From IMG/VR virus record IMGVR_UViG_3300046786_000293, positions 1 to 64,000 of that record: a DNA stretch of 64,000 nucleotides; one strand, given 5' to 3'. The position numbers were made by a program, and so were the translations under genes. This stretch comes from a virus. Lineage: Duplodnaviria > Caudoviricetes. Of this stretch, positions 16,327 to 26,976 are shown piece by piece. The notes beneath the pieces are model-generated. The model was not told where the DNA came from and made no database searches. It saw nothing but the letters and a program-made list of their open reading frames with translations. Each line of letters opens with the position of its first letter. Within the stretch, counting starts at the first letter, position 1.

Positions 16327-17145
16327 TTAGTCGTCTGACTTACCGCACTTAGCACGTTTAGCATTGGTTAACGCACCAAAATCTACACGCCATTCTTGTC
16401 CGGGATTCAGTTCACGAGCATTTGCTGGGAAACGATATTGGACGCCTGCTTGTTGTTGAATTTGCGCTACAGGCACACGAAACTTAGTTAAATCATTACC
16501 TAAGTTTTGATATGGTTTGACATGCGGGAACGCCCACCCCGCAATTTCATTAGTCGCTTGATTAATTACAATCTTATAATATCCGTGGGGGACAATGACA
16601 CCTTTACCGATATACTCATTTCCAGCGCCATAATATGCCCCAACGTATATAGTATACGGTTGATTGCGCTGTACGGTCCAACCTCTTACCGAAGTCTCCA
16701 ACAATTTCCAAATTCCCCTGTTTAAAGACCCGTGTTGAGGGTACATATTTGTCATTAAAAAACTTTCGTACTCTACAATTTGACTCCACGAAAGATCACC
16801 GTCGGGGGCTGCATGACCTTTGTCATAGCCTGTGCCTGCATAATCAGCAGGAGTAGCGCCTGTGCCGTTTAGACTAGCATCTGCCACAAAAGCATTTGTA
16901 CGTGGGAAACAACCTAGTGCATTTTGTGGTAATAAGGTATAGGCAACATAAACTGGAATTTTAACTGGCGCGTCATAAGCAACCAAGTAGGCCTCACGGC
17001 AAATAGGAGTGGCTGCTCTTTGTGTTTGTGCAAACCCCCAAGGACTATGTACTTGACAAGCCTGTGTGGGCAATGGGGCACGTTGATCCCAAGAATAACT
17101 GTTTAAAGAAAATAAGAATAAAACTGTCGATAGAAACTTTTTCAT
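16327..17145 (-). CDS. Secreted DNA/RNA non-specific endonuclease (NucA/EndA family)
   Basis: Signal peptide; YDKGH active site; NMYPQHGSLNRGIW. Confidence 0.9.
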   Translation of the reverse strand: MKKFLSTVLFLFSLNSYSWDQRAPLPTQACQVHSPWGFAQTQRAATPICREAYLVAYDAPVKIPVYVAYTLLPQNALGCFPRTNAFVADASLNGTGATPADYAGTGYDKGHAAPDGDLSWSQIVEYESFLMTNMYPQHGSLNRGIWKLLETSVRGWTVQRNQPYTIYVGAYYGAGNEYIGKGVIVPHGYYKIVINQATNEIAGWAFPHVKPYQNLGNDLTKFRVPVAQIQQQAGVQYRFPANARELNPGQEWRVDFGALTNAKRAKCGKSDD

Positions 17146-17174
17146 CGAACTACACCTTTATATACTAAGTTTAT

Positions 17175-18152
17175 TTAGTATAAATTGGTGTAATACAAGT
17201 CCAAGCACTTTTCAATATTTTCTTTTACAGTTTCTTCAAAGTTATGTTTTTTATTAATTCTAGATACAAGCTCGTAATACGAATCGTCACTGAAACAATA
17301 ATGACCGCCGACTAATGCTTTAAGATCCCGGGATCGGCTTTTTGTCCACTTAGACCACTTATTACTATCTATAATTTTTTGTTTGAAAACAGAACTATCC
17401 TCGGCATACATTGTGGCAAGATGTAATAACGTTCTAGTTTGAATAATTCCCAATTGCGGAGCAATATTAAGAGCATGAACTCCTGCGGTTTTCCTAAGTT
17501 GAATTTGTTCTGCTGTTAAATAATCTGCATTGTGTTCTTTTAATTTAACTCCTGCAGATTCTGCAAACTTTGCCAGTTCAGCAACAGCATTCCAATCGAA
17601 TGTTCCCGCTTGATGATCTTCATAGGTTAGACTACCCGTCTGTGCTACTACAAATTCTACATTAGAAAAATTCTTAACAAATTCTACGTCTTGTTTGAAT
17701 TTTTTAATACCAGCAGCCACTCCTACATTCTCTTCAGTGCCAAATTCAAATGCAATATCGGGATTTAGTTTGAGTGCATAGGTAAAAAGTTCGTCGGCTA
17801 CTTTGTACGGATCTTCGCAACGGCTGGTATCTATATGTATTAGATTAAACCCATTGGCAATATCTGTAGCAATAGTTTGTTTAGTTGCCGCTATTGCTTG
17901 TGCTAGCGTCAATGATTTTTCACTGTCTAAAAAGTATGGCCCGCAATGATCTCTACACAAACGTAGATGTGTACGAGAATAGTTTTCAAGTTGTTTAGCT
18001 AATTCTACTGTGGTCATTACATAACCACTGTCAGCATCAACTTGATTGCGACTGGCAATAATCATCAAAGGGCGTTCGTGCCGTACAGCATAGCCGGCCA
18101 TGATATCTACAATTAGTGGGCTCATGGGCCCGAATCCTAGTTTAAAGTCCAT
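17175..18152 (-). CDS. Tagatose-bisphosphate aldolase/epimerase-like protein (GatZ/KbaZ family)
   Basis: IIASRNQVD...GY, CRDHCGP, IHIDTS, FGTEE, KEHNADY, NIAPQLG. Confidence 0.7.
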   Translation of the reverse strand: MDFKLGFGPMSPLIVDIMAGYAVRHERPLMIIASRNQVDADSGYVMTTVELAKQLENYSRTHLRLCRDHCGPYFLDSEKSLTLAQAIAATKQTIATDIANGFNLIHIDTSRCEDPYKVADELFTYALKLNPDIAFEFGTEENVGVAAGIKKFKQDVEFVKNFSNVEFVVAQTGSLTYEDHQAGTFDWNAVAELAKFAESAGVKLKEHNADYLTAEQIQLRKTAGVHALNIAPQLGIIQTRTLLHLATMYAEDSSVFKQKIIDSNKWSKWTKSRSRDLKALVGGHYCFSDDSYYELVSRINKKHNFEETVKENIEKCLDLYYTNLY

Positions 18153-18609
18153 GACTTATATTCATTCTTTCTATAATATACATACAGGCATCCATTACTG
18201 CACCGTGACCGCCTGCGCTGGGAGTAACAAATTCGGCAGCAGTTCGTGCTTCAATTCTTGCCTGTTTGGGTGCGATACCAATTGCAGCCGCTTTAAGAAT
18301 TGGAGCATCGTAGTAACCATCACCCATATAGGCTATCTTGTCAAATCCCATGGCCTGTACATAGTTAAACCTATCTGCTTCTTTTACCAACCGCAGTTCA
18401 AATCCCATATGCGTTACAATTCGGCTATAGGAAATATCCCATCCCGACTTATCCGCAGTAATAAATTGTATTCTAATATGATTGCGTAGCATTTTGAGAC
18501 CATCATGGTCATAGTTACCAAATGCCTTAAAAGGTTTACCTTCGGTGCCCCAATAAATTACACCGTCGTTTAAGCATCCATCCACATCACAAATAAACTG
18601 TTCAATCAT
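18142..18609 (-). CDS. HAD phosphatase, KdsC-like
   Basis: DVDGCLNDG, ITAD, YMGDGYYD, GGHGAV. Confidence 0.85.
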   Translation of the reverse strand: MIEQFICDVDGCLNDGVIYWGTEGKPFKAFGNYDHDGLKMLRNHIRIQFITADKSGWDISYSRIVTHMGFELRLVKEADRFNYVQAMGFDKIAYMGDGYYDAPILKAAAIGIAPKQARIEARTAAEFVTPSAGGHGAVMDACMYIIERMNISHGL

Positions 18610-19742
18610 TTTAAGAACCTTGTATTAGGATTTATGTTAGTTAGAATGTCGTTTTTAATTTCTTGATCAAAAACACCAGTTCTAAGAATCACTATAGGGT
18701 TGTCAAACTCAGCTAGCATCTTAGGACTACGAACCATTAATTCTGTGCCATACAATCTTTTATTTTGTTTAGCTTCACTATTATCTAATATGCAGACTAA
18801 TTTAGAAGTATCTAATCCAAACACAATTAAGAATTGGCTGAATACATGAGCGCCGAATAGAAACACTCGACCGCTAGCATCTTTAATTTGATCGTTAATT
18901 TTAGCAATTAAATTTCTATGATACTCTAAGTAACTATTAATAAGAGTTCGATTCTCCTCATAGACTTCGGGAGGTTCTGTAATATTAATAGCTCTAGGTG
19001 TTTTTACTGCACTATAAAAAATACTATGATCATTCTTATAGTAATGTCTTTCTATTAGATTAAAACCATAACACTGCAACCACCATTCAATAAATTCTTC
19101 TGTACATAGATATGTATGTTCGAAATTAATTGTGTTGGTAAACTGTTGTTCGAGATGTCGACGTAGTGCTGGTACACTAAAACACATAAATGTACCAACT
19201 TTTAATTTACTAGCTGCTTGAAAGAATTCGTGCGGATTTAAAAAATGCTCTAATACATGACTATGAACTAACATGTTAAGATCATCGGGAATTTCTGTAT
19301 CCTTGGTATAAAACCCATTAATCATTCGAGCACGTAAATCTGGAACTGGTACAGGATTTGGTTCGATGATAGTCCACTCGTTGTCGGGCATTAATTGGTC
19401 GTAATACTTACTCAATTTGCCGTGTGCCCCTCCTATTTCAAATACTTTCTTAGGTTTGTACTTAAAGACAAATTCAGCAAAACTACGATGGTGTTCGTCC
19501 CAACTTACGCCCACGGTACCGGGATTGTGTGCAGACTGATATATAATTTCTAAAGGTAATACAGGATTTAATTGTATCATACCAGTACTACGACTAATAT
19601 AAAAACTCATATCACTGGTTAAGTCTTCGTTTATTGGTTGATCTACACAGCCCATAAACACTGGAAAATCTTTAAGAGTAAAAAGATGCGACAAGTCTTC
19701 TTGTTGACCGACAACATCGGCATTACGTTTGATTACAGTCAT
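18606..19742 (-). CDS. SAM-dependent methyltransferase, NDP-sugar C-methyltransferase-like
   Basis: FEIGGAHG, HSHVLEH, EHTY, C-terminal FLFGA...ILDNSEAKQNKRLYGT. Confidence 0.8.
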   Translation of the reverse strand: MTVIKRNADVVGQQEDLSHLFTLKDFPVFMGCVDQPINEDLTSDMSFYISRSTGMIQLNPVLPLEIIYQSAHNPGTVGVSWDEHHRSFAEFVFKYKPKKVFEIGGAHGKLSKYYDQLMPDNEWTIIEPNPVPVPDLRARMINGFYTKDTEIPDDLNMLVHSHVLEHFLNPHEFFQAASKLKVGTFMCFSVPALRRHLEQQFTNTINFEHTYLCTEEFIEWWLQCYGFNLIERHYYKNDHSIFYSAVKTPRAINITEPPEVYEENRTLINSYLEYHRNLIAKINDQIKDASGRVFLFGAHVFSQFLIVFGLDTSKLVCILDNSEAKQNKRLYGTELMVRSPKMLAEFDNPIVILRTGVFDQEIKNDILTNINPNTRFLK

Positions 19743-21277
19743 AGTACTTGGCTAAAATGTAATTGTGCTAATGCTACAAGAAATTTATCAAAAGGCGCTT
19801 CGTGTAAAGGACTCATGTTCAAGTAAATTAAAGGTACTAGTAATTTTACTTTACGCCAATCTAATCCTTTTTTATTCACAAAGCCTTGAAGTATATCTTC
19901 GTAGACTTGTGCATTTTCTACGCTAGGGATTTCTATTGTAGCATAGTCATTTCGATCAACGTAATCGTACTGATTGTCCTTAATGGATCTATAGTTCAGC
20001 CAAATACCGCCTAACATCTTGGCAAGGTCGTAGTATATGTCTCCGTATACACTACCTGCAAAATCTGTACGCCAATCTATTGCTGTGAACTTATCGGTTT
20101 TGGAGTTGTAGACCATGTTATCAAAATGTAAATCTCCGTGTATCCAACACCAATCTCTTTTCTTACATAACCAATCCCAGTCAATTCTATTAAGGTAGCT
20201 ATCAATAGTATCTACTTCTCTGCGGTTGACCACACAGCACTCACCCCAATCTGCATACTTGATACGAAACTGATTTACTCGTTCTAGGGTTTTATCTCGA
20301 TAAAACTTTTCACATAAAGGATAAGTGTTTTCATCAATCTCAGGATCAACCCAAATGTTTGTGTCACACCAATCTAGCATTTTACGAAATAGTTCAGGTG
20401 TAATTTGATTGTATAAAATATCCCCGTCGGTCCAGTCATGTACTAAGAAATGCCCTACGCCCTTCATATTAGTGGGCATACAATCAGGGTTGGCTCGTGC
20501 TCTACGTATTCTGCTAGTAACATGTTCTTCTTTAGAAAAATACTTTATAACTCTACCGTTGTCGTGATAGAAAATTTCATCGGGTTTTATAAAACTGTTT
20601 TCTTTTGTTTTACTGTTAATTGCTTGCCATTTTTCGTAGGTACCAAAATCTAACCATTCTCGAACAGTATGTGCTTTTAGATTCAAATTTGGAAAGCCTT
20701 GCGGAGTTTCTCGAGCTTTACGCTCTATTAGATTATCTAAGTATTGATCATCTTTACAATACATTAAGCCAATAAACGCATCTACAGCACGATCACTAGG
20801 CACTTTATTATGAATTAGATCTATAGTTTCACCGTCGCGGTCGATCCAGCAATAGTCCTTGGCGAGATAACTATCCACCGGATACACACCAATCCAATTA
20901 TGATCTAAGTTAGATGCATAATCAAAATCAAACAATGTATCGCAACTAATCCATAAAAATCCGTTTAGGATATGAGGAGCGCAATGTTGAATTGTAGTTG
21001 CAGGCCCAGTGTTACCTTCGCTGTAGTCGGGAACATCTACAAATACTACACATTTGTCATCGTGTACTGTGCTAACATAGTCTTTTACTTGTTGACCCAT
21101 GTGTCCACAGGCAATGACAAACTTAGTGGTCTCTTTAGGAAATTTATCAATAATATGACTAATAAGAGGTTTATCACCGTAAGGTACTAAAGATTTATTA
21201 ATCATTCGGCTAAAAGGTCCCATTCGACGACCATAGCCCGCCGCCAATATCAATACTGTTAAATTATTTGTGCTCAC
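19739..21277 (-). CDS. Nucleotidyltransferase fused to an aminoglycoside/choline kinase-like domain
   Basis: N-terminal LAAGYGRRM...NKSL; C-terminal IHGDLHFDN, IDWR, YDLAKM. Confidence 0.85.
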   Translation of the reverse strand: MSTNNLTVLILAAGYGRRMGPFSRMINKSLVPYGDKPLISHIIDKFPKETTKFVIACGHMGQQVKDYVSTVHDDKCVVFVDVPDYSEGNTGPATTIQHCAPHILNGFLWISCDTLFDFDYASNLDHNWIGVYPVDSYLAKDYCWIDRDGETIDLIHNKVPSDRAVDAFIGLMYCKDDQYLDNLIERKARETPQGFPNLNLKAHTVREWLDFGTYEKWQAINSKTKENSFIKPDEIFYHDNGRVIKYFSKEEHVTSRIRRARANPDCMPTNMKGVGHFLVHDWTDGDILYNQITPELFRKMLDWCDTNIWVDPEIDENTYPLCEKFYRDKTLERVNQFRIKYADWGECCVVNRREVDTIDSYLNRIDWDWLCKKRDWCWIHGDLHFDNMVYNSKTDKFTAIDWRTDFAGSVYGDIYYDLAKMLGGIWLNYRSIKDNQYDYVDRNDYATIEIPSVENAQVYEDILQGFVNKKGLDWRKVKLLVPLIYLNMSPLHEAPFDKFLVALAQLHFSQVL

Positions 21278-21731
21278 TATCTATTCTGCCGTGTTGTCTA
21301 TTCTTATCGTCTTGTAATCTAATAACATCGTCTAGCTCTGTAGTACTGGCTTCGATATATACTAGATCGCTAGTGGCAACCATTCTATGTATAGTGCCTG
21401 GTGGTGTGTGAAAGACTACACCCGGTTCTAGTTCCATAACGTTTAAGTTGTTTATAATGTTATCTATCTCAAACATGTTGTACTGCCCGGCGTTGTAACG
21501 CTCAACATTGAATAAGTCTTGACGGTACAGTAATTGTCCTGTGCCTTTTAGAATATAAATTGATTCCGACTTCTTTTCGTGTACTTGTAGGCTAGTACGC
21601 TGTCCTGCTAGTAACGTAAGTTCTTTTAATACAAACGGATACTGATCGCCGCCGGGTTGGATCCATTTTTCCTGTCCCCAAGGTTTGGAGACGGTTTTAA
21701 CTTGTTCGATTGTTTGAATTTCGATGGCCAT
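21264..21731 (-). CDS. Cupin protein (mannose-6-phosphate isomerase type II C-terminal-like)
   Basis: KPWG.E, RTSLQVHEKKSE, PPGTIHRM, EAST.ELDDVIRLQDD. Confidence 0.85.
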   Translation of the reverse strand: MAIEIQTIEQVKTVSKPWGQEKWIQPGGDQYPFVLKELTLLAGQRTSLQVHEKKSESIYILKGTGQLLYRQDLFNVERYNAGQYNMFEIDNIINNLNVMELEPGVVFHTPPGTIHRMVATSDLVYIEASTTELDDVIRLQDDKNRQHGRIDSEHK

Positions 21732-21754
21732 AATATAGTTGAAATACAGAATAT

Positions 21755-22345
21755 TTATCTGCGCTCAACTACGCTGTCTGCTAATCCATAGGCCACTGCT
21801 TCTTCGGCAGACATAAAACAATCGCGTTCCATATCAGCAGTGAGTTCGTCAAAAGTCTTGCCCGCCGAATTATGTTTAACATAAATTCCAGTTAGATTCT
21901 TTTTCATTGCTAGAATTTCTTCAACTTGGATTAACATGTCTGTTGCCTGGCCTCGAGCGCCGCCACTGGGTTGGTGAATCATATGCCTTGCATTAGGCAA
22001 TATATGCCGCTTACCAGCAGCACCTGCGGTAGCCAAAAGACTGCCCATAGAACAGGCTTGCCCGAGAACAATAGTAGATACATCGGGTTTGATAAATTGC
22101 ATTGTATCATAAATCGCCATGCCAGCGGTAACGACACCGCCAGGGCTATTAATGTAAAAGAGAATATCGGCATTTGGGTTTTCGCTTTCTAAAAATAACA
22201 TCTGGGCCACTACAAGACTAGCACTATGTTCATTGACATCTGTGTCTAGTAATACAATCCGATCTTTAAGCAACCGACTGTAAATGTCATAGGCACGTTC
22301 TCCGTTGGAGGTTTTTTCTAGTACTGTTGGTACAAAATTTGGCAT
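21755..22345 (-). CDS. clpP: ATP-dependent Clp protease proteolytic subunit
   Basis: [25 protein letters not shown] (catalytic Ser), MIHQP (His), MERD. Confidence 0.97.
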   Translation of the reverse strand: MPNFVPTVLEKTSNGERAYDIYSRLLKDRIVLLDTDVNEHSASLVVAQMLFLESENPNADILFYINSPGGVVTAGMAIYDTMQFIKPDVSTIVLGQACSMGSLLATAGAAGKRHILPNARHMIHQPSGGARGQATDMLIQVEEILAMKKNLTGIYVKHNSAGKTFDELTADMERDCFMSAEEAVAYGLADSVVERR

Positions 22346-22346
22346 G

Positions 22347-23486
22347 TTAATCCTTTGTTAGTTCGTTAGTTAATTGTTTAAATATTCCAAGTTGTTTTCG
22401 AATCGAATCGTGACTTACTTTTCTGTGTGCTAATGTTTTTGTTAGAAAATCAACACACTTATCTCTTGCTTCAGGACTGTATATCGCCCGATGTATTCCT
22501 TCTATAAACTGTTCAATTTCTATTTTTTGTGTATTAGTTATTCTTGCTGTTATCATTTGTTGTCGTAACAAAGCTGTCAAATCGGCTTTTTCTGTTTCTG
22601 TAAGTATACCCCAGGACAAATGTTTAGGAGACGATAAGTCTTGAAAATGAGTTTTTAATTTAAACTTATTAAGGACTTCCAATGAATTAATTATTTGTTG
22701 TATGTTCAAAGGTTGTACTACATAAACAAATTTCATTTTAGCATTGGGTAATGTGTTTTTTAATGTTAATATATTTTCGCGTGTTGTTTCCCAGCGAGCA
22801 GGATAACGCATAAATTCATATGATTCATCAACCCCGTCTACACTAAATTCTAATTCTAATTTTTTAATTTTGGTTAATTTTTCTAATAGATTAGGAGTTA
22901 GTACCGTTGCATTTGTTACAATCCTACAAGTTAGATTCTTTTCTATAACTTTATCTAGTAGAGTTATATTATTCTTAAAAAGAAAAAATTCTCCGCCAAT
23001 AAAATCAATTTGCTCTAAGTTCACGAGTTCGTCCATTGCTTCTAATGCAAATTCTGTATTATCTACATAAGGGGCAGGTTTATCAATAAACTTTAATAAA
23101 GTTCTTTCTTGTCCAATTGATGAACTAGTCTCTGGACTACACATAAAGCAATTTAAATTGCAGGTATTACCAAACAAAACATCTAATAGTTTAATATCTA
23201 ATTTGTCAGAAAAGTATGGCTTTTTATTAAGGTGCATCCTTATGCTAGTTAACCCAAGTTTTTCTGATCCTATACAGGTTTTGCATCCTGGATTAGGGAC
23301 TGTTCCGTTACACAAGTTATTTCTGTGATCGGTCATTTCTTTACCGTGCAAAAATTCATCTAGTGTACTAATTTTACCAATTGGTCGATATACACACCCG
23401 GGTTTGTATACTATACCGTCACCCAGATCTTCGATTCGCATAGTGGCGAACGGTGCTGTACAAAAAATTTTATTTTCAGTGCTCAT
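22347..23486 (-). CDS. Radical SAM protein with N-terminal twitch/SPASM-like Cys cluster
   Basis: CNLNCFMC (CxxxCxxC); GGE; N-terminal CTAPF...GC...CKTC. Confidence 0.85.
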   Translation of the reverse strand: MSTENKIFCTAPFATMRIEDLGDGIVYKPGCVYRPIGKISTLDEFLHGKEMTDHRNNLCNGTVPNPGCKTCIGSEKLGLTSIRMHLNKKPYFSDKLDIKLLDVLFGNTCNLNCFMCSPETSSSIGQERTLLKFIDKPAPYVDNTEFALEAMDELVNLEQIDFIGGEFFLFKNNITLLDKVIEKNLTCRIVTNATVLTPNLLEKLTKIKKLELEFSVDGVDESYEFMRYPARWETTRENILTLKNTLPNAKMKFVYVVQPLNIQQIINSLEVLNKFKLKTHFQDLSSPKHLSWGILTETEKADLTALLRQQMITARITNTQKIEIEQFIEGIHRAIYSPEARDKCVDFLTKTLAHRKVSHDSIRKQLGIFKQLTNELTKD

Positions 23487-23506
23487 CTACTAATTATAGC
23501 AGACAG

Positions 23507-24004
23507 TTAGCACTTTGTAAAGTCTTGATATTTAAACCAGCGTTTTTGGCCGAAACTTTTTTTCAGTGTAAGACCATAATATTCAAATTGTTCACGCCAC
23601 TCATAAAAAGTGGGCCCATGACCCATACTATGTCTGTAAATGTCTTTACCTTTTTCGTTCATATAATACCAACGATTTACATCCCATTGGTATTGATGTA
23701 CCATTTCATGTGCTAGAGTGTTTAGAAACCACTGTGGGCAAAACCACTTGTCCATTAACTCTATTTTACACCAACTGCCATTTTGATGTTCGTAATCTAA
23801 CCAACTGCATAATCCCCATGCTTTTTTAATGATGCGTTGCTCGATTTCGGGTCGTCGTAAACAGTTGTTAAAAACATGTCTGTTTATGATATTATATGCG
23901 TAGTTAATATCTTGTATTTGGGGTCTAAAACTTTTACGGCGCTGATACGTAATACTAGGAAGAGATTGTTCCATAATGGAACGTATAGGATTTGGTCTGG
24001 CCAT
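23507..24004 (-). CDS. SprT-like zinc metalloprotease
   Basis: HEMVH and later HGPTF. Confidence 0.8.
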   Translation of the reverse strand: MARPNPIRSIMEQSLPSITYQRRKSFRPQIQDINYAYNIINRHVFNNCLRRPEIEQRIIKKAWGLCSWLDYEHQNGSWCKIELMDKWFCPQWFLNTLAHEMVHQYQWDVNRWYYMNEKGKDIYRHSMGHGPTFYEWREQFEYYGLTLKKSFGQKRWFKYQDFTKC

Positions 24005-24059
24005 AAAAATACCCCCAAGGTATTTAGCACCTTGGGGGTATCTTAATACTAACTGTAAA

Positions 24060-24830
24060 TTACTGGCCGCTAATAGTAACTTGTCCGATTACAGCGTTAG
24101 GTTTGCTCAGTGCTTCTGCCCTACGTTCTTTATATTCTTTGTTTTCGACATTGAGTAATTGAACTGGGCCACTGCTAGTATTAACTGTTTCTGTACCTGC
24201 TTTTACTGGTTCAACGTGACTTTCAGGTTTTGGTCCAACTTGCTGTTGTAGTCGCTGATCTGACTCAATAGCCTCTTGCCTACGTTGCTGACTATGCTGA
24301 TCCAAATCTTGGCGAGCACGTTGACTGCGAAGTTCGGACTCGCGCTTGAGTTGTTGAGCAGTTTTGGTTCTTTGCAAAGTATTATTTTCGTTCAAAGGGT
24401 AACGAACAAGAACATAAACCTTGTACCGACGACCATCAAATGTTGCTTGGCTATCCACACGTTGAGCACCGATCAAATCACCTTCGGCATTTTTCTGTAC
24501 AGTCACAGTAGTAGTTTCCAACATGTCATCGCCATTGTCAGTGCGATTGCTGAATACCTGACTGCGAACACGCCCTGAAAGCATTTCAGCAATCTTACGT
24601 TCGGCCTGTAACCGAGCCTTATCGTAGGCCATTTGCTCGTCCATACTAGATGCAGTACCTACACCAAATACCATTTCTGCAGTATCTTCGGGTAGTCTTA
24701 CAAACCAGTCTGGCGGATTTGCTGCCACTACCATGGATTGTTTAGGTAAAGCATAAGGATGCGGACGATCCTGTGCATGAGATGTTCCTAGCAAGGAAAG
24801 TAGTGCCAGGGCTACAAGTTGGTGTTTCAT
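24060..24830 (-). CDS. Exported protein, LPP20/LPTG-like
   Basis: Signal peptide; PPDWF, FGVGTA...AYDKA..A...IA. Confidence 0.6.
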   Translation of the reverse strand: MKHQLVALALLSLLGTSHAQDRPHPYALPKQSMVVAANPPDWFVRLPEDTAEMVFGVGTASSMDEQMAYDKARLQAERKIAEMLSGRVRSQVFSNRTDNGDDMLETTTVTVQKNAEGDLIGAQRVDSQATFDGRRYKVYVLVRYPLNENNTLQRTKTAQQLKRESELRSQRARQDLDQHSQQRRQEAIESDQRLQQQVGPKPESHVEPVKAGTETVNTSSGPVQLLNVENKEYKERRAEALSKPNAVIGQVTISGQ

Positions 24831-24870
24831 ATAAACTCCGTGGTTAAGATAACTTATTATATAATCAAAT

Positions 24871-25233
24871 TTAGAATTTGTCAATTACACGCCAAACGTT
24901 TGATTGAACTTCGCACATGATTCCTTGGAATTGAACTAAGTCCCTTTGTGCGGCATTTAGTTCAGCAAACCATCGACAACGAGTTTGTTGATAAAAAAAG
25001 TCATTTCGAATAATAGGATGCGGATTAACTTGATTAGACCGAATTACATCACCAATTCGTACTGGCCTGATTTCTCGCTGACTATCTTCTACACATCGTT
25101 CTCTTTGAATGGATCTGACAAGTGTGCCGTTTTTTTCAATAATACGCTCGTAGGTGCATTCGTGAATTTCTGGCAGGACTTGTGCTTGTGCCGAGAAAAA
25201 TACAATCAAGGGCAGTAAGTTCTTAATTGCCAT
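24871..25233 (-). CDS. Exported hypothetical protein
   Basis: Signal peptide; four Cys. Confidence 0.7.
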   Translation of the reverse strand: MAIKNLLPLIVFFSAQAQVLPEIHECTYERIIEKNGTLVRSIQRERCVEDSQREIRPVRIGDVIRSNQVNPHPIIRNDFFYQQTRCRWFAELNAAQRDLVQFQGIMCEVQSNVWRVIDKF

Positions 25234-25514
25234 ATTTTGCTTCTTGCCACAGCATTAAGTTGTCTAGCATCTGCTGTTAGTTGTTCAGGATTCACAGGAC
25301 GATTTCCGGCGATATTTTCTAGTACGGTTATCGTATATTCTTTTTGGTTACAGTCTAACCCAATTTGTCTAATTTGATCTACACTCATTCGAGTAAGTGC
25401 AGGATGACTATTAATTTGATAAACTGTAACCGCAGGATTGACTTGCACTGGCCCATTGCCGGACCCGCAGGCCATAGCAAGATTGCACAACCATGAAGCC
25501 AGTGTCTTTTCCAT
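25206..25514 (-). CDS. Hypothetical exported protein
   Basis: ORF in the operon chain. Confidence 0.65.
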   Translation of the reverse strand: MEKTLASWLCNLAMACGSGNGPVQVNPAVTVYQINSHPALTRMSVDQIRQIGLDCNQKEYTITVLENIAGNRPVNPEQLTADARQLNAVARSKIWQLRTYCP

Positions 25515-25672
25515 TATCGACTTTTATAACCCACCATAACTTCTTTTAGTGCTTGCCCTGCCGTTTTAGGGTCACACTGACTATGCTTTACCACATAGCG
25601 AATAGCCTGCTCGGTGGCCAATTGCAGATGAAAAACGGCTTCGTTAGCCGCGCTCAGGGTACGTTCGCTCAT
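25514..25672 (-). CDS. Hypothetical protein, 52 aa (not in ORF track)
   Basis: MSERTLSAANEAVFHLQLATEQAIRYVVKHSQCDPKTAGQALKEVMVGYKSR; AGGAG RBS; TAATG overlap. Confidence 0.7.
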   Translation of the reverse strand: MSERTLSAANEAVFHLQLATEQAIRYVVKHSQCDPKTAGQALKEVMVGYKSR

Positions 25673-25706
25673 AATAATCTCCTATGTTAAGCGAGGTTGA
25701 AAAAAA

Positions 25707-26141
25707 TTACCAGCTAGAATTGTAAAAAACACGAAGTCCCAAAATCAGTTCTGCTTTAGCATTACGGATAAATTTAAGATCTTCTTCTTGATAATAATCG
25801 TCTGCATCTTCGCCAAAGAAAAATCCAGACGTTGCTGGCAGATTGCCTGTTCGAACATCTTGTTCGAGTTGATCAAGATCCTCCCAGGTAAGTTCAAGTT
25901 CGATGCCGTTAAATGAAATGCCCCAAGGTGATTCACCTTTAGAGTGCAGTTTGTTTTCCCACAACTTTTCCATCCATCCTTGGAGATGCGGATGTTTGCG
26001 CCAGTAAGCAATCTCACGAGGTTTAGCTACTGTAGGCTTGTGCGGCTTCCACTCGCCGTCTACATACTCGCCTTCGGCTTCGTAGTATTCATTTTGTTGG
26101 CCTGCTTTTGCGGCAACATATGCGTATTGGTCAAGTCCCAT
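25707..26141 (-). CDS. Conserved phage hypothetical protein
   Basis: MGLDQY...EIAYWRKHPHLQGWM...GFFFG...YYNSSW-like end. Confidence 0.8.
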   Translation of the reverse strand: MGLDQYAYVAAKAGQQNEYYEAEGEYVDGEWKPHKPTVAKPREIAYWRKHPHLQGWMEKLWENKLHSKGESPWGISFNGIELELTWEDLDQLEQDVRTGNLPATSGFFFGEDADDYYQEEDLKFIRNAKAELILGLRVFYNSSW

Positions 26142-26199
26142 TTTCTTATACAGGAATTAGTTGAACATGTGTGTATTATACAATAATTCGGAATTAACG

Positions 26200-26976
26200 T
26201 CAATGCCAATTAATAGGATCTGTGTTTGTTGTTCCCAATTGAGGCGGTTGGTATTCGGCCTTCAAAGACTCCAAATCGCCTAGGTCAAAATCAACATGGA
26301 CTGCATGATCTCTAATTGCAATATGCGGAGGTATAAAATCATGCACCGATGACACAAATTTTACACCATTCGAATTAAAATATTCCATAATCATACAATG
26401 ATGATTGTGCCAGTTCTGAATTGCACCATTGCCCGAATGAATGTAATGATTGGCAGGTTTTCTGTGCCAATATCTATTTGCTATTATGTCATTTGTAAAA
26501 CTAGTCGAACGGTAATAGACATCATCTATTTCAGGAAACCCCATGGACGATGTCATTATACCTCCGCAGTTGCATACTTCATAGTCTTTCATAATGATCC
26601 AATCTTTTGTGTTGGGTCGCATATAAATGTCGGGGCGTGTTTCTACTACTTGATCGTAGACAAAATTATTTTTTAATTCGTTCTCGCGTTTTAAAATGTT
26701 TACCAGTTTTGCCAAATATGCTTGATTATAAAAGGTGGAAACTTTCTGCCCGATTTGAGGTATTACTATTTGCCCCACTAGATTTTGATTAAATCTGTCG
26801 AATGGTTCTTGCACATCGTCTCGAATTACAGGCTGTCCTCGAGTGTAATTCCATGTTGCAAAGAAATAGTCCACTCTGTCTGCTCGATCCTGAAACAGTT
26901 TAAACAAATATTTTGCAGAAGCTTGCCAAGTTCTGTACTCGCCGGCCACTAATACCGCAAGTGTTTTTATAGCCAT
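26200..26976 (-). CDS. Glycosyltransferase-like hypothetical protein
   Basis: AVLVAGEYRTW, DYFFATW, YDQVVETRPD pattern. Confidence 0.55.
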   Translation of the reverse strand: MAIKTLAVLVAGEYRTWQASAKYLFKLFQDRADRVDYFFATWNYTRGQPVIRDDVQEPFDRFNQNLVGQIVIPQIGQKVSTFYNQAYLAKLVNILKRENELKNNFVYDQVVETRPDIYMRPNTKDWIIMKDYEVCNCGGIMTSSMGFPEIDDVYYRSTSFTNDIIANRYWHRKPANHYIHSGNGAIQNWHNHHCMIMEYFNSNGVKFVSSVHDFIPPHIAIRDHAVHVDFDLGDLESLKAEYQPPQLGTTNTDPINWH

